64,000 bases of DNA from Octopus vulgaris (GCA_951406725.2 OX597814.1:140802001-140866000), one strand, 5' to 3'. Counted from the first letter of the stretch, positions 23,698 to 37,699 are shown. Numbers and translations are program-made. The notes: generated by a model from the sequence alone, not told the origin.

Positions 23698-24723
23698 ATA
23701 TATAATTGTAATGTATTAGAGAATACAGTTACATAGGAGCTCTTTAATTTATTGCTTCTCAGTGAATCAATAGAGATTTATATGTATAAATATATATGTA
23801 TATATGACAGGTTTTTTTTCAGTTTCTTTCTACGAAAGCCACTGAAAATGCTTTGGTAAGCCCAGAACTATTATAGAAGACATTTGCTCAAGGTACCATG
23901 CAGTAGGCCTGAACCTAAAACCTTGTTGTGAAGTGATCTTCTCCACATAGGTATGCCTGTATATATTTCCTAATTGCTGAATTCGCTAATGGAGTAGCCA
24001 GATTGAGAAGAGTATGTTTGGTTCTGGAATCTGTTCATCATTAATTCCTAAATAAGAGAAGTAAGAATTTAAATTTTTATCATCATTTGAAGTTATAAAT
24101 AATATTTTTAATTTCCTCATTATTGGTTGTCTTATCATGGTAGAAATGTAAATTCAAATATCAGAATAAAAGAAAAGTTTAAATTGTGGTGAGTTTACTT
24201 TCAAAAAGCTAATAGGGGTGGGGAGTTAAATGGAACTTAACTGTTTGGGAATTCCTGATTTAGGTGATGTCTTGAAGTCATATCAGCTTTGCTTCTCATC
24301 ACACATATTAAGTACCAGTATAATGTCAAGGTTACACCAATTATCTATATTCTGTTTGCTTTATAAAATAGTCTCGTGCTTCAGAAAGGAAATGATAATT
24401 TCAAGTTTATACGACCAGCCAAGATCTGTATCTTCCACTTATTAGTCAAAGATGTCATTCAACAAGAAATATCAATTGAAAAACATTTTATTGTGTTTAC
24501 TAATGTACATTTATCTTACATTTAACAGCCATAATTACATCCAACCACAAATGTTCATTCTAATCCCTGTGTACCAATATATGTATATATTTACCAATAA
24601 ATATACGTTCACTCACAAATTAACATTCAAACATATTTGTTCACTATAGTAGCATAATTATGTTTCTATTTTAAACAATAAAACACACTGCATTGCAGTA
24701 TTTGAATTGTTAAGTAAGCTTAC

Positions 24724-24771
24724 CTTGGAGAGCCAAGAAAGGACATTAGCCTGGAGCAAAGCCAATACCAT
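24724..24771 (-). CDS. Candidate first coding exon MVLALLQANVLSWLSK (gene unidentified)
   Basis: ATG at 24771-24769 with an in-frame upstream stop; 16 codons ending AAG|GTAAGC (strong donor, phase 0); unique non-repeat sequence. Confidence 0.5.
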
Positions 24772-25632
24772 AAAGACTACTTTCCTTTATTGCTGCCAAG
24801 GAATCTCTTAAATATTCCGTATCTATTCTTGGTGTTTACATGATTATTAATTTCAGATTGTAAGTGTCTAAGTGCCACTTGGTTCTAAGAGTTATACACC
24901 CCTCCACCTGATTTGAACAAAATGTGTTATGGAATTATCAAATATATAACCATGACCCTCAGGAATTACTAATTTTGCAAGACTTATATTAATTATTGCC
25001 TGGAACTCTGAATAGTAATTATAAGAAGATTAATAGCCATTGTACCATGGCATCATTAATATATCATGATCATGTGTTAGATGGATTGCTTGGAACTGGT
25101 AAGCCAGAGAGCTGTATCAGGCTCTAGTCTGGTTTGGCTTGGTTTCTTCAGCTGAATACCCTTCCTAATGACAACCACTCCTAGAATGTAGTGGGTACTT
25201 TTATGTGTCACTGGCACAAGTGCCTTTTTCATGTCACCAGCACAAGTGCCTTTTATGTATCACCAGCATTGGCCACAACTATGGTTTCACTTGTCTTGAC
25301 TTGTCATCTAATGCACAGCAAATTGCCAAAGGTCTTGATCACTTATTATCATCACCTCCATGAGACCCAACAGCCAAAGGTCATATTTCACTGCTTCATC
25401 CCATGTTTTTCCCTGGGTCTACCTCTTCCACAGGTTCCCTCCACAGTTAGAGATTGACACCTTTTTACACAACTGTCCTCATATGTATGTATATATACAT
25501 ATGATTAGTACAACAATAACGATAACCTAACAGCAAATAAAAGGAAATTAAATAATGACACCTTGTGATTTTTTGTTACGAAAGATTAATTTATCATCAT
25601 TTATTTCAGTTTATTTTTTTCTTTCTTTTCAG

Positions 25633-25688
25633 AATGACTAAAACAACTTTTAAAGTGAATGAAACCGGTAGCATACTTTAATAAAAAC
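25633..25688 (+). other. Candidate 56-nt exon (5'UTR plus possible start MKPVAYFNKN, or non-coding)
   Basis: Long polypyrimidine tract ttttttctttcttttcAG acceptor and GTAAGT donor at 25689; ATG at 25659 open to the donor. Confidence 0.55.
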
Positions 25689-26015
25689 GTAAGTACTGTC
25701 TTTCTTTTATCCATAAGTTCTCAAAGAATTTTCTACTTTTCATTTTTTAATACTAATGTATTCAAGTAAAACCTCCTAACCTTTTCAATATAATTTATAC
25801 ATACACACACACATGCAGATTATGTGTAATTGTGTGTGTTTGTATGTATATACTGTGTGATAAGTTAACTTCCCAATCACATGGTTCTGAATTCAGTCTC
25901 ACTTCATGGCACAGTGGGCAAGTGTCTTTTACTATAGCCTCAGGCCGACCAAAGCCTTATGAGTGGATTTAATGGATGGAAACTGAAAGAAGCCCTTCAT
26001 ATATATATATATATG

Positions 26016-26070
<55 letters not shown>

Positions 26071-26371
26071 ATATATATATATATATATATATTCTATGTC
26101 TGTATGTCTTTCACCAATGATCAAAGTTTTATATGTGTGCTATCATCATCATCATCATCATCATTGTTTAATGTCCACCTTCCATGCTGGCATGGATGGG
26201 ACGGTTTGACAGGAGCCAACCAGGCAGAACCCTGCACTAGACTTCTGTGACTGTAGGAAGTGTTTAACCAATACTTATTTTCAAGTCTGATACTTATTTA
26301 ATCAGTCTCTTTCACCAAACTGCTAAACAAATAAACACCAGTTGTCAAACAATGGTGGGGGACAAACACAC

Positions 26372-26449
<78 letters not shown>

Positions 26450-26624
26450 CTTTTTCTCAGTTTCCATCTACCAGTTCACTCACAAGGTATTGATTGGCCA
26501 GAGGCTATGGTAGTAGACACATGCCCAAAATGCTGCACAGTGGGTCTGAACCGAAAACCATGTGGTCACAAAGCAAGCTTGTTAACCACACAACCATGCC
26601 ATCTTTTATAGATCTTTTGTCTTT

Positions 26625-26843
26625 TACCCTTTAATTGTTTCAGTCATTAGACTGTGGCCATACTGGGGCACCAATTTGAAGAATTTTTAGTTGAATGAAT
26701 TGACCGCAGTACTTATTTTCTTTTTAAGCCTGATGCTTTTTTGTTGTTTGCTGAACTGCTAAGGGACAGGGATGTAAGCACACCAACACCAGTTGTCAAG
26801 CTGTGGTGGGGGACAAACACAGACATAGACAGACAGACAGACA

Positions 26844-26876
<33 letters not shown>

Positions 26877-27038
26877 ATACGACAGGCTCCTTTCAGCTTC
26901 CATCTGCAAAATCCACTCACAAGGTTTCAGTTGGCCTGAGGTTATAGCAGAAGACACTTGCCCAAGGTACTAAGCAGTGGGACTGAACTCGGAGCCATGT
27001 GGTTGAGAAAAAGATCTCTTACCAGACTACCATGCTTA
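26625..27038 (-). mobile_element. SINE family A; further copies at 25855(+), 26265(-), 35705(-), 57366(+) and 60010(-)
   Basis: Same head, core and tail as 10367-10743. Confidence 0.8.
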
Positions 27039-27170
27039 CACTTTATGTGTGTGTGTGTATGTGTGTGTATATATATTTATTTAAAATGAGGGTGAAAAAT
27101 TGAATATTCATTCGATTAATATCAATTTAAAACCAGTGGTCTAGCATATTAAAATCTGAAGGTTCAGAAA

Positions 27171-27241
<71 letters not shown>

Positions 27242-27247
<6 letters not shown>

Positions 27248-27515
27248 AGAGGGATGACAACAACGTGGACAAACCTTATGCTAGAAGCAGATCTGCTATG
27301 GTCTTACCACTAAAAAATGTTCTCAAGAAAATTTAGCAAACACCAGAACATAATCGAGCAAGACAAATGAAAAATAACAAAAATATTATTTTTCATTTGT
27401 CTTGTTTGATTACATTCTGACGTTTGCTGAATTTTCTTCAGAACATTTCTTAGTTGTAAGACCACAGCGAATCTACTTCTAGCATAAGAGTTGTCCACGT
27501 TGTGGTCATTCCTCT

Positions 27516-27521
<6 letters not shown>
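27242..27521. mobile_element. ~140-bp-arm palindrome in a (TA)n context, Penelope pLTR-like, with degenerate minimal hammerhead motifs
   Basis: TATAAGAGGGATGACAACAACGTGGACAA...TTGTCCACGTTGTGGTCATTCCTCTTATA; arms meet near 27385. Confidence 0.65.
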
Positions 27522-27546
<25 letters not shown>

Positions 27547-28118
27547 TGAGAATTTACAAAAAAAAACAAAAGATGAAGACGGGTGTATAAACAACAAACA
27601 GTGGTATTAGTTTAACGCTCGGGAAGTGAGAAAGTCTTTTATAAATATAATGAGATATTATTTTTGGTTTCCTCATTGTCAAGACTGTTTCCAAGATTTC
27701 TTCATTGAGGTTGTTGATGTTTCCATTTTTCATTAAAATGCCTTCCAATGTCTCAACTAAATCATTTGTCATAAAGTCAACATTGAAACCCTGGAGTTGT
27801 TCATTACTGAGTTTAATTAGTGCAAAGAATGAGTTTTGAGTTCAATCTCATGCTTCTATATCCATTGAACAGTTGGGATGGGGTGATGGGAAGACCATCT
27901 ATTTGCAGAAAGATGCCAGCATTGTAGTCAGTGAGGAAGAAAGCTCCTACATAAGGTTCTTGTCTTACTTATGTAGTTGCTACAAGGACCTATAAAAGGG
28001 GGTTTAATCAGTTTTTATTATTAAGTCTGTTATTTATTTAATTGGTCTCTTTTGCCAAACTGCTAAGTTACAGGGTTGTGAACACACTAATACTGATTGT
28101 CAAGTAGTGCTCACTTGT

Positions 28119-28376
28119 ACACACACACACATACATGCACACGCACACACATATGTGCACACACACACATACGTGCACACACATACGTGCACACACACAC
28201 ATACGTGCACACACACACACACATACGTGCACACACACACATACGTGCACACACACATACGTGCACACACACACATACGTGCACACACACACACACGCAC
28301 TCAACCACATGCATTCACATACATACATACACATGCATGCACACGCACACACACATACACACATGCACACACACAC
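28119..28376. repeat. Compound (CA)n/ATACGTGC minisatellite inside a SINE
   Basis: Repeated CACACACATACGTGCA units. Confidence 0.9.
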
Positions 28377-29158
28377 CTTTTTTGGTCCACCTTGATGCCT
28401 TCTCTAAGAGCGTGATGTAGAACGATATCTTGGGCCATCACTCTCACAACTGTTGTTTTTCATGCTACTGGGCTCCTTCAAACCCTTCCAAGGAGCTAAC
28501 TTGATGGGGTTGTGGGTTTAGCCACTCTTGGCTGACCCAACCATAAAATGGATTGCATAGGTGTCTGGTATATAAGATTTATTGTCATGCTAATTAATTT
28601 TGTTTAGCTCTAGATCAGCCCTGCTCAAAAACATTCCAATTGTGACCATTTTGTCTTTATGGGAGTATCTAGGACTACATTATCTAAAATGCCTTCACTT
28701 TTAATTTTAAGATTATAGGTTGTGACATGAAGGAGATTTGGCTGCTATTTCTAGCAGGTTGCCAGACTATGTAGCAACTCCTTTGTTGGCTGGTTGGCTG
28801 GTTGGTATGGTCAACAGATTACAGATATGGAAGAGAGCAATAGACAGACTAGTGAATGTAGTTGTCCTAGTATATCGTCTGTGAAGGTTTGCCATTGTTA
28901 GACACCACTTTGATGTCTGGAATTCTCAGATGTTAAAGAAAGAAATAACACAATTATCTCGAACATTTATTATTGATTTCATCTTGTGTCCACACACAAA
29001 CATATGCACTTATATACATATAAACACACACACACATACATACACATATCTATCTATACATATATACATGTAGTATATATATATGTGTATGCATATATAT
29101 ATATATACATACATGTATGTGTGTGTGTATGTATACACATACATACATATATGTATAT

Positions 29159-29200
<42 letters not shown>

Positions 29201-29360
29201 ATATGTACATATATTTATATGTGTGTGTGTGTATGTGTGCACACATGCACACACACTCCTAGAAGTATACAGATATACACATAAACAAAAACATATACAC
29301 ACACATACACACATGCACACACACATACATACACACGTGCACACATACGCACACTCTCAG

Positions 29361-29401
<41 letters not shown>

Positions 29402-29696
29402 TGCACACAGTAGTTTTGGCAAGCAAAGCTGCAAAAAGTAATTACCATCTATCACGTGAATAACTAAGGTGACATTTTTTTTTTGAGTGAAGCTCAGTTT
29501 TTTTTTCACACCCTTTACTACATCTACCCCACCCTCATCCCACTACTTGTCTCGCTCAAGAACCTACAATGAGTCTACATTTCAATTAGCCTCTGAGTTA
29601 CTGTACATTCACTCCAGACTGTTGCCATAGAATCTATGTGATGGCCATGAAACCAAAATGGATTTGAATGTAATTTCATAAAAAATCACTATTATA

Positions 29697-30137
29697 GGCG
29701 CAGGAGTGGCTGTGTGGTAAGTAGCTTGCTTACCAACCACATGGTCCCAGGTTGAGTCCCATCTTGGGCTAGTGTCTCTTACTGTAGCCTTGGGCTGATC
29801 AAAGCCTTGTGAGTGAATCTGGTAGACGGAAACTGAAAGAAGTCTGTCGTATATATCATCATCATTGTTTAACGTCCGATTTCTATGCTAGCATGGGCTG
29901 GGCAGTTAGACCGGGGTCTGGGAAGCCAGGAGGCTGCGCCAGGCTCCAGTCTGATCTGGCAGTGTTTCTCTGGCTGGATGCCCTTCCTAATGCCAACCAC
30001 TCCATTAGTGTAGTGGGTGCTTTTTACGTGCCACCGGTACAGGGGCCAGAGGTGGGTGGCAAATGGCCACGATCGGTTGGTGCTTTTTACGTGTCACCGA
30101 CACAGACGCCTGTCAGGTGGCACTGGCATCTATGTAC

Positions 30138-30191
<54 letters not shown>

Positions 30192-30400
30192 GTATTTGTG
30201 TGTCTGTCTATGTCTCCCTACCATCACATGACAACAGATGTTAGTGTGCTTATGTTCCCCGTAACTTAGCAACTCAACAAAAGAGACCAATAGAGTAAGT
30301 ACTAGGCTTACAAAGAATAAGTCCTGGGGTCAATTTGTTCAACTAAAGGCGGTGCTCCAGCATGGCCACAGTCAAATGACTGAAACAAGTAAAAGGAAAA
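29697..30400 (+). mobile_element. SINE family A with an antisense family-C element inserted at ~29856-30128
   Basis: GGCGCAGGAGTGGCTGTGTGG head; tail resumes at ~30190. Confidence 0.8.
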
Positions 30401-30424
30401 AAAATATCTAACTTATCGAATATA

Positions 30425-30772
30425 GGCGTAGGAGTGGCTGTGTGGTAAGTAGCTTGCTTACCAACCACATGGTTCCGGGTTCAGTCCCACTGCGTGGCAC
30501 CTTGGACAAGTGTCTTCTACTATAGCCTCGGGCTGACCAAAGCCTTGTGAGTGGATTTGGGTAGACAGAAACTGAAAGAAGCCCATCGTATATATATACA
30601 CACACATATATATATGTGTGTGTGTGTGTGTTTGTCCTCCCACCATCACTTGACAACCGCTGTTGGTGTGTTCACGTCCCCATAACTTAGCGGTTTGGCA
30701 AAAAGAGACCAATAGAATAAGGCTGTGCTCCAGTACAGCCGCAGTCAAATGACTGAAACAAGTAAAAGAATA
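30425..30772 (+). mobile_element. SINE family A, near full length
   Basis: GGCGTAGGAGTGGCTGTGTGGTAAG...GGTTCAGTCCC...GACTGAAACAAGTAAAAG. Confidence 0.88.
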
Positions 30773-30775
30773 ACT

Positions 30776-30995
30776 TAGTGGTTCTCAACCAGGGTCCACA
30801 TGGTTATACTTCTACAATGTTTTAAGATTTAAAAAAATATTTTAACATTTTTAAAAAAAATACAGTTCCTAATTAAATTTTAATTATGAAAATGTAATAA
30901 GATTTTTTAAAACATTCAATAACTTTGAGGGTCCAACTGAGTTAAATGGGAATCAAAGGGGTCCATTGGTAGAAAAAAATGGTTGAGAACCACTG
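30776..30995. mobile_element. hAT (Charlie-like) MITE
   Basis: TAGTGGTTCTCAACC...GGTTGAGAACCACTG. Confidence 0.75.
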
Positions 30996-31400
30996 ATCAA
31001 ACTGCAAGTGTGAAGGAAACTAACTCTGCAATGGATTGGTGTCTCATTCAGGAGGAAGTGTTGTAATCTCTGTCACTTATATGCCATGGAAACCAAGTTG
31101 AGTTGAGCTTTGGCCCTATGAGTCCCGCAGTTATGATCGTAAAGATTGTGGTTTCAATTCCCAGCCCAGATGGTACATTGTGTTCTTGAGCAAAACACCT
31201 CATTTCATGTAACCCCAGTCCACTTCAGCTGTAAATGAGTTGCAGTAATAGCTGGGGAAATTAACCTGTTTTGCGAGGAAGCATTGCAACCTCAATCATT
31301 TATATACCATGGAAACCAGGCTGCTAGTACACCATGATTAAGAACAGTGCAGAAAAATATGAAAAAGAAAGATAAAGACCAGTGATTTGCAACCATTTCA

Positions 31401-31774
31401 CAGTGGTTCCCAACCAATCCTTTTATTTAAATAAGTTTTTTCCCCACGGACCCCTTTTAATATGCTTATCCTTATTTATGTATGTATGTATGTATGTATG
31501 TATGTATGTATTTATGTATGTATATATGTATATATATATATTTAACACCAAGTAAGTTAGGGGTTATGGATCCAACCCACTAAGGGATAATACTTATCCA
31601 ATATACTGTTAGTATAATACCCAAATTATTAATACACAAGTGTTTTTAATTGCAATGCAATTAACTTACTTATTGTATTAAATGGGTGAAAGCTCACAAA
31701 CCAACTAAATTGTTTCTCCATTTTTCTTATTTGTATTATTTATATTTTTATATATACATACATACATACATACA

Positions 31775-31837
<63 letters not shown>

Positions 31838-31927
31838 GTATATATATATATATGTGTGTATGAAATTTCGAATTTAGTTCATGGACTTCCAGTACAACCT
31901 TTGCGGACCCCGGATTGGGAACCACTG
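31401..31927. mobile_element. hAT (Charlie-like) MITE
   Basis: CAGTGGTTCCCAACC...GATTGGGAACCACTG. Confidence 0.7.
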
Positions 31928-31935
31928 ATATAGAC

Positions 31936-32263
31936 CAATAGTTTTCAACTAGGGTTCATATAAGATTTTTAGGGATCCTTACAAGCAAAATAGTAAACTG
32001 GGGACTCACAATAGCATATTATATATATCCATTATTAAAGAATTATGCCTTAGATGTATCTATTGCAAGAAACATCCAGATTTCTTTCTTGGATGTTTTA
32101 TATGGTTCAACCTACACAAGAAAAAATGAGTGAATAACAAAATAGGAATTTTGAAAGAAATACCTTTAAAACTAGTTTTTAAACACTGAATTGCTAGGAG
32201 GGTCCACCAGAATAGAATAGTAATCAAAGGAGTGTATAGGTAAAACATGGTTGAGAATCACTG
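31936..32263. mobile_element. hAT MITE with perfect 8-bp TSD
   Basis: CAATAGTTTTCAAC...GTTGAGAATCACTG; TSD ATATAGAC on both sides. Confidence 0.85.
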
Positions 32264-32424
32264 ATATAGACAATGAGAGAGGTTTTTATGTGGTTTACTT
32301 AACTGATATCAAGAGCAGCCAAGTCTCTTTCAAATTGGACTTATTTGCTGCAGACATCATTCTAAATCAAGGCTGACTTTGTAGCAGGAGCAACATGATA
32401 AAACAGATGGTTCGTCAACGTTGG

Positions 32425-32429
32425 CGTCG

Positions 32430-32465
<36 letters not shown>

Positions 32466-32733
32466 GTACCATCATCATCATCATCATCATCATCATCAGT
32501 ACCATCATCATCATCATCATCGTCATCATTGTCATCATCATCATCATCGTCGTCATCATTGTCATCATCATCGTCGTCGTCGTCGTCGTCATCGTCGTCA
32601 TCATCATCATCATCATCATCGTCATCGTCATCGTCATCATCGTCGTCGTCATCGTCATCATCATCGTCATCATCATCGTCATCATCGTCATCATCTTCAT
32701 CATCGTCATTGTCATCATCGTTGTCGTCGTCGT

Positions 32734-32764
<31 letters not shown>

Positions 32765-32768
32765 AGCT
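32425..32768. repeat. (CAT/CGT)n compound microsatellite
   Basis: Directly visible. Confidence 0.95.
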
Positions 32769-33149
32769 TAGAAACAGATATATGATAGCAAAAGGGTAGT
32801 AAATGTCAATGTAATACTGCTAGTTGAGGTTGAAGATTTTACATAAATATATGAATATGATGGACAAGTAGAGAGCTATTGCTGTAGTTGCTGTGGTTAT
32901 TGTTAAGCCACAGGTCATTGTTAATTAAAGTAGGCCTATGGTCAAAGGTATTCTAGCTATCACAATACTATTTTCGTTTTTTAATATCCAGATCATCATT
33001 GTGTTTATGGTTGTGGGGTGTGATTTGAGGGAGATTTGGTTATTATTTCTTGCAGGCCAGGCGAACACATAAAGGCTCCCTTATTGGCTCAAGTACAAGT
33101 AGAAGAAAGTCATCATCACTGTTGCCGTTGCCATTGTTGTTGTCTTCTT

Positions 33150-33634
33150 CTTCGTCCAATCAGGACACACGTCATTAGCCACAAAGAATAATCTCTAATT
33201 CGAGCCTACTCTAAGCTACCAAGAATGCGTGTGGCTACTTGAAGATCCACCCACCACATGCAATAGACTGGCGGTTGCACGGGCACGAAAGCTACGTTAT
33301 TATCCTGATTCCGTAAACAGTGGCTTTTAATGGGTGGAGAGCTGAACCATCCTAGGGCACAGAGGATTCTCAATCTAGACTAGACTAGGGTCTGAAAGTT
33401 TACCACACCATAGTGGGTTACACCATGGTTCCTCTGCTTTGTGGCAGAAGTAGGAAGAAAGAGTTAGAGAAAATTGTGGTGAATGAGTATAGAGGGGTCC
33501 CCCCCACACCAGAGCGTCGTAGAGCTTAGGTGTTTTTGCTCAATAAACACTCACAATGCCCAGACTGGGAACCAAAACCACATTCTTATGACTGCGAGTC
33601 CACTGCCCTGACCACTGGGCCTTTGTGCCTCCAC
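33150..33634 (-). mobile_element. tRNA-derived SINE of a distinct family
   Basis: Minus-strand head GTGGAGGCACAAAGGCCCAGTGGTCAGGGC...TTGGTTCCCAG; (GAA)n-like tail near 33145. Confidence 0.55.
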
Positions 33635-34519
33635 TTGTTGTTGTTGTCAGCTAGCAGCTAGCATCCATATTTCATGCTGGTTTGGATTGGATGGTTCGAC
33701 AGGGTTTAGCTGGTCAAAGGACTGTGTTCAGCTCCAATGCCTGTTTTGATATGGTTTCTATGTCTGGATATCCCTTTCTAATGTCTACCATTTTACAAAA
33801 TGTACTGGATACTTTTTTTGTTTCACCAGCACCAGAGACATCATCAAGTAGCTCACAAGACAAGGATCTGTCTGAGGGTGGGTTGCATTGAGGAAGGTGG
33901 CTTATGCCAGGGGTTGAAAGGCAAGAATATAATAGAAGGACAAGAAGAGGTGTCTTGCTGTAGAGGAGATACATGGCTACTCCAGCTGGAAAAGGAGAGA
34001 AGATAGTGACAATGAGGTATTAGGATGTACCCTCAAGATACATAAAGGTAAATGTGAGAGGGGCGGGGACAGGAGCAGAGGGTTTAGGTGGAGAGGGACA
34101 GAGTGGTCAGTGATTATGCTCCCAGCAGGTTGAAAGTGCAAGCCAGTTTTAGTTCAGATTATTTCTTTTCATTCCCCTTACAGAAAACTTCCATCTTCAA
34201 ATAACAAGTATTTTTTTTCCTTATATGAAATAACATTATCCAAATAAAATGGTTTGAATATTGTAATTCCATTTCTCCACTATCACTAGTACTGAAATCA
34301 GTGAAGTTAATCTCACATTGATGGATATGGCAGATTAAGAATAATAACCAAGCATTAAGATCCAGCTATCTGAGATCAGTATTTATTTATTTGACCTTTA
34401 TATGTAAGACATAAATATCTCATGTGATATATATTATCAATGTACAATGGAAATCATAAACATGAGGAATAGACTGATCTTATATAAGATTTCTGAATTA
34501 TCTGGAAACCAGAAATATT

Positions 34520-35080
34520 ATATAGTATAGCCATCCTGCAGTCACAAGTGAGTATGACTCATTAATATATAGGTGCCAATGTGGTCACGAATGGCCCCTA
34601 AAAAAACTGGATGTTGTTTGGAAATCAACCTTGCAGATAGTGTTAAGAGGAATTTTTTCCATGCAACATTAGAGTCAGTTCTTTTATATGGAGCAACAGC
34701 CTGAATTCTTACCAAACACCTGGAATCCAAACTAGATGGAACTTATATCTGAATGTTAAGAGCAGTCTTAAAGATATCTTGGAGAACTCATCCCACCAAG
34801 AAACAGCTGTATAGAGATGTCCAGCCTGTTTCTACTATTATAAGGGAAAGGTGCTTGTGCTTTGCGGGACATTGCTGGTGAGCTAAACAAGTGCTAGCAA
34901 GTGACCTACTGCTATGGCTATCAAAGCATGGCTGTACTTGAGCAGATAGTCTGAACACAACATATGTAGATCAACCGACCAGAGATACTGGATGCCTCTC
35001 TGTAGACCTCCCTCAACTAATGCAGGACCGAAATGGATGGTGTGTGTGGCTTAAAAATGTCTGGACAAGCTTAACCAGAT
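34520..35080 (+). pseudogene. RTE-clade LINE 3' ORF relic
   Basis: FFHATLESVLLYGATA*ILTKHLESKLDGTYI*MLRAVLKISWRTHPTKKQLY...RCLCFAGHCW. Confidence 0.8.
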
Positions 35081-36188
35081 AATTATAAAACTGCAGGGGT
35101 TTTGGTCAAGGACACAATGCACCACTCAGTCTAGGAATTGAACCCATGGCCTTTAAAGCATGAACTGAATACTCTTATCCATTAAGTCCTGTACCTTCAC
35201 TGACCAGAAATACATTTTATTTACTGAACTTAATTTGTGATCTTATTTAAAGTCTTTTGTCCAATCATATCTTGGCATCTTAGAATGAAAAAATGGAAAG
35301 ACACCTTGAATGGTCTTTGATCCTAAATACAATCCCTGAAAATAAGATGTGCTGGTTAAGACTAGAATGCATAAAATTGTCAGTTTGCTCAATTAGAGTT
35401 GACTCAGCACTAAGTAGTAATAACAACAACAACAACCAGCTTTAATTATGCTATTCTACTGCTTCACTGACTTAACTCTCTCTCCAAGATGTTAGCCTGC
35501 AATTGGTCGAGAAAGGTCACGTGGTATAGTGGTTTTATGTTAGTATTTCAGCGACAACAATTAGTTATAAAATACTGCATGGTGAATAGGAAATTGACTG
35601 CGTAGTGAACAGAAAGTTGACTTCATAGTGGGCAAAAAATCAGTTGTGTGGTTGGGGTGAAGTAGATGTGGGGGTATATATATCATATGTGTATGTGTTT
35701 GAATTCTTTTATTCTTTTACTGTTTCAGTCATTTGATTGTGGCCATGCTGGAGTGTGGTTTTAGTCAGACAAAATTCTTAAGCCTAGTACTTATTCTATT
35801 GGTCTCTTTTGCTGAACCACCAAGTTATGGGGATGTAAACATACAAACACCAGTTGTCAAGCAGAGATGGGGGACAAACACAGACACAAAGACACACACG
35901 CGCATGCGCGCACACACACACACACACATGTGCGTGTGCACACACACACACACGATGGACTTTTCCGTTTCCGTCTACCAAATCCACTCACAAGGCTTTG
36001 GTCAGCCCTAGGACTGAACTCAGAACCATGTGGTTAGGAAGCAAGCTTCTAACCACACAACCACTTCTGCACCTTATATATATATAGTAAATTCAAAATA
36101 AGAAGGACAAACACAAAAAAGACATAACAACATGAGGACATGGTACATGTAAAGTATTAGCTGAAGCTCAGGGAAGGAAAGAAAGATG

Positions 36189-36223
36189 GTTTAACATTTC
36201 AAGCAACGCTCTTCTTCAGAAAC
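36189..36223 (-). ncRNA. Minimal type-I hammerhead ribozyme motif (Penelope-type), CpG-decayed
   Basis: Minus strand: GTTT-CTGAAGA-A-GAGC-gtt-GCTT-GAAA-TGTT-AAAC. Confidence 0.6.
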
Positions 36224-36343
36224 AGAGGAAAGTCCAATAGAAAGGAAGACAGAGGAAGGCGAGTCGGCAAAATCGTTAGAACACTGGACAAAATGCTTAG
36301 TGATATCTCACCTGTCATTCCGTTCTGAGTTCGAATATATATA

Positions 36344-36478
36344 CAGGTTCAAATATATATACAAAAGTCACCATACATAAGAATAATTTATTTTTTTATA
36401 AGAAACAATTATTTTATATAACTGTTTCTTATAAAAAATAAAAGATTTTTCCTATGTATGGTGACTTGAATCACCCTG
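36344..36478. mobile_element. Tc1/mariner-like hairpin MITE (TA-flanked)
   Basis: AAGTCACCATACATAAG...TTATAAGAAAC pairs with GTTTCTTATAA...CTATGTATGGTGACTT; ends CACCCTG-TA. Confidence 0.7.
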
Positions 36479-37699
36479 TATATGTACACACATGCACATG
36501 CACACACACACATACTCACACACATACATACACACACACAACAGTAAAGATAGTCAGAGCCAATTTAAAGGAATATAAGATGAGAGCAAGAGCAAAAATA
36601 AATCTGGGCAACTGAGTTGTCTTGTAGCTTGGCATCTGGAGAGGCAAGTTTATGCCATCAAACAGAATAAGTTACTGGATAAATGGACTGGTTAGACTAC
36701 TCAAGGTCTGGTGTGGTCCAGATCTCCAGATGGACAAGAATTAGAATGAGATTATAAGTGGAAATGGGACTAAATGGAAACTGTCCTTGAAATGTTGAGC
36801 CAAAATAGCGAATGCCTATATTGCTTCCATTATAACTCACCATCTGACTGTTATGCTTTACCTCAAACCCAATCTGATGAGATTAGAGTGTTTGCTCTTC
36901 CACTTTAGGGGACATGTACCTCTGGAAGGCAGCCTTCGCATGCTATGATTGCTGATGTGCTGAATGTGATTGGACTGTGCTACCTGTAGATTTTCCAATA
37001 CAGTGAGCTGGTGTGGTCCTTGTTTGTAAGGCATACTTTTCTACTGCTTAACACTTGGACAGAGTATCAAGAAAAAAAATCAAGTCTGGGCACCTGACAT
37101 CTTGAATATTATCAGACACTCACTGCTCTTTATCATTTGGGTGATTCCACAGAGAACTATTTGTAAATGATGATATTGCTGGGGAATCTCTTGGTGTCAA
37201 TCAAAATGAAGTGGCTGGTCTGTTTTGGAGGATTTTCAGCTTGGTGACTACTGTGAATATTTTCCAGAAACCTTTGGCCTGGCAGTGCTACTGAGGTAAT
37301 TACAAGTTAGACATAAACTCTTCAAGCATGGGAGCATCACGATGCAGGACTATCTGAGATGCATACAGAATAACAAATTGCACTGCATGCTAGAAATAGC
37401 AGCCAGATGTGTCTCCAATCATACTTCATCTTTAAAAAAAAGGGAAGATGTATTAGATGAGGTTTACATATAATATGTCCGAAAGAAAAAATAACAATGA
37501 TGGGATGTTCATGGGTAGAATATCTTTGATAATAGGTCTGTGAGTACTCGGTCAGTACTGACATGAGACTAAACAATTACATCATTATATAGGCATAGGT
37601 GTAGTTAAGAAGCTTGCTTCACAACCATGTAGTTTGGGGTTCAGTCCCACTGTGTGGAATCTTTGGCAACTATCTTTTACTATAGCCCTGGGTCTTCTA

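Noticed and set aside
28068-29448. Many HT/VC/YI-repeat ORFs (also 10849-11543 and 60746-61531)
   Set aside because: Translations of (CA)n, (TA)n and (TATG)n repeats
30425-30500. tRNA gene
   Set aside because: A and B boxes are present but continue into a SINE body and tail, and the sequence is multi-copy; this is a SINE head
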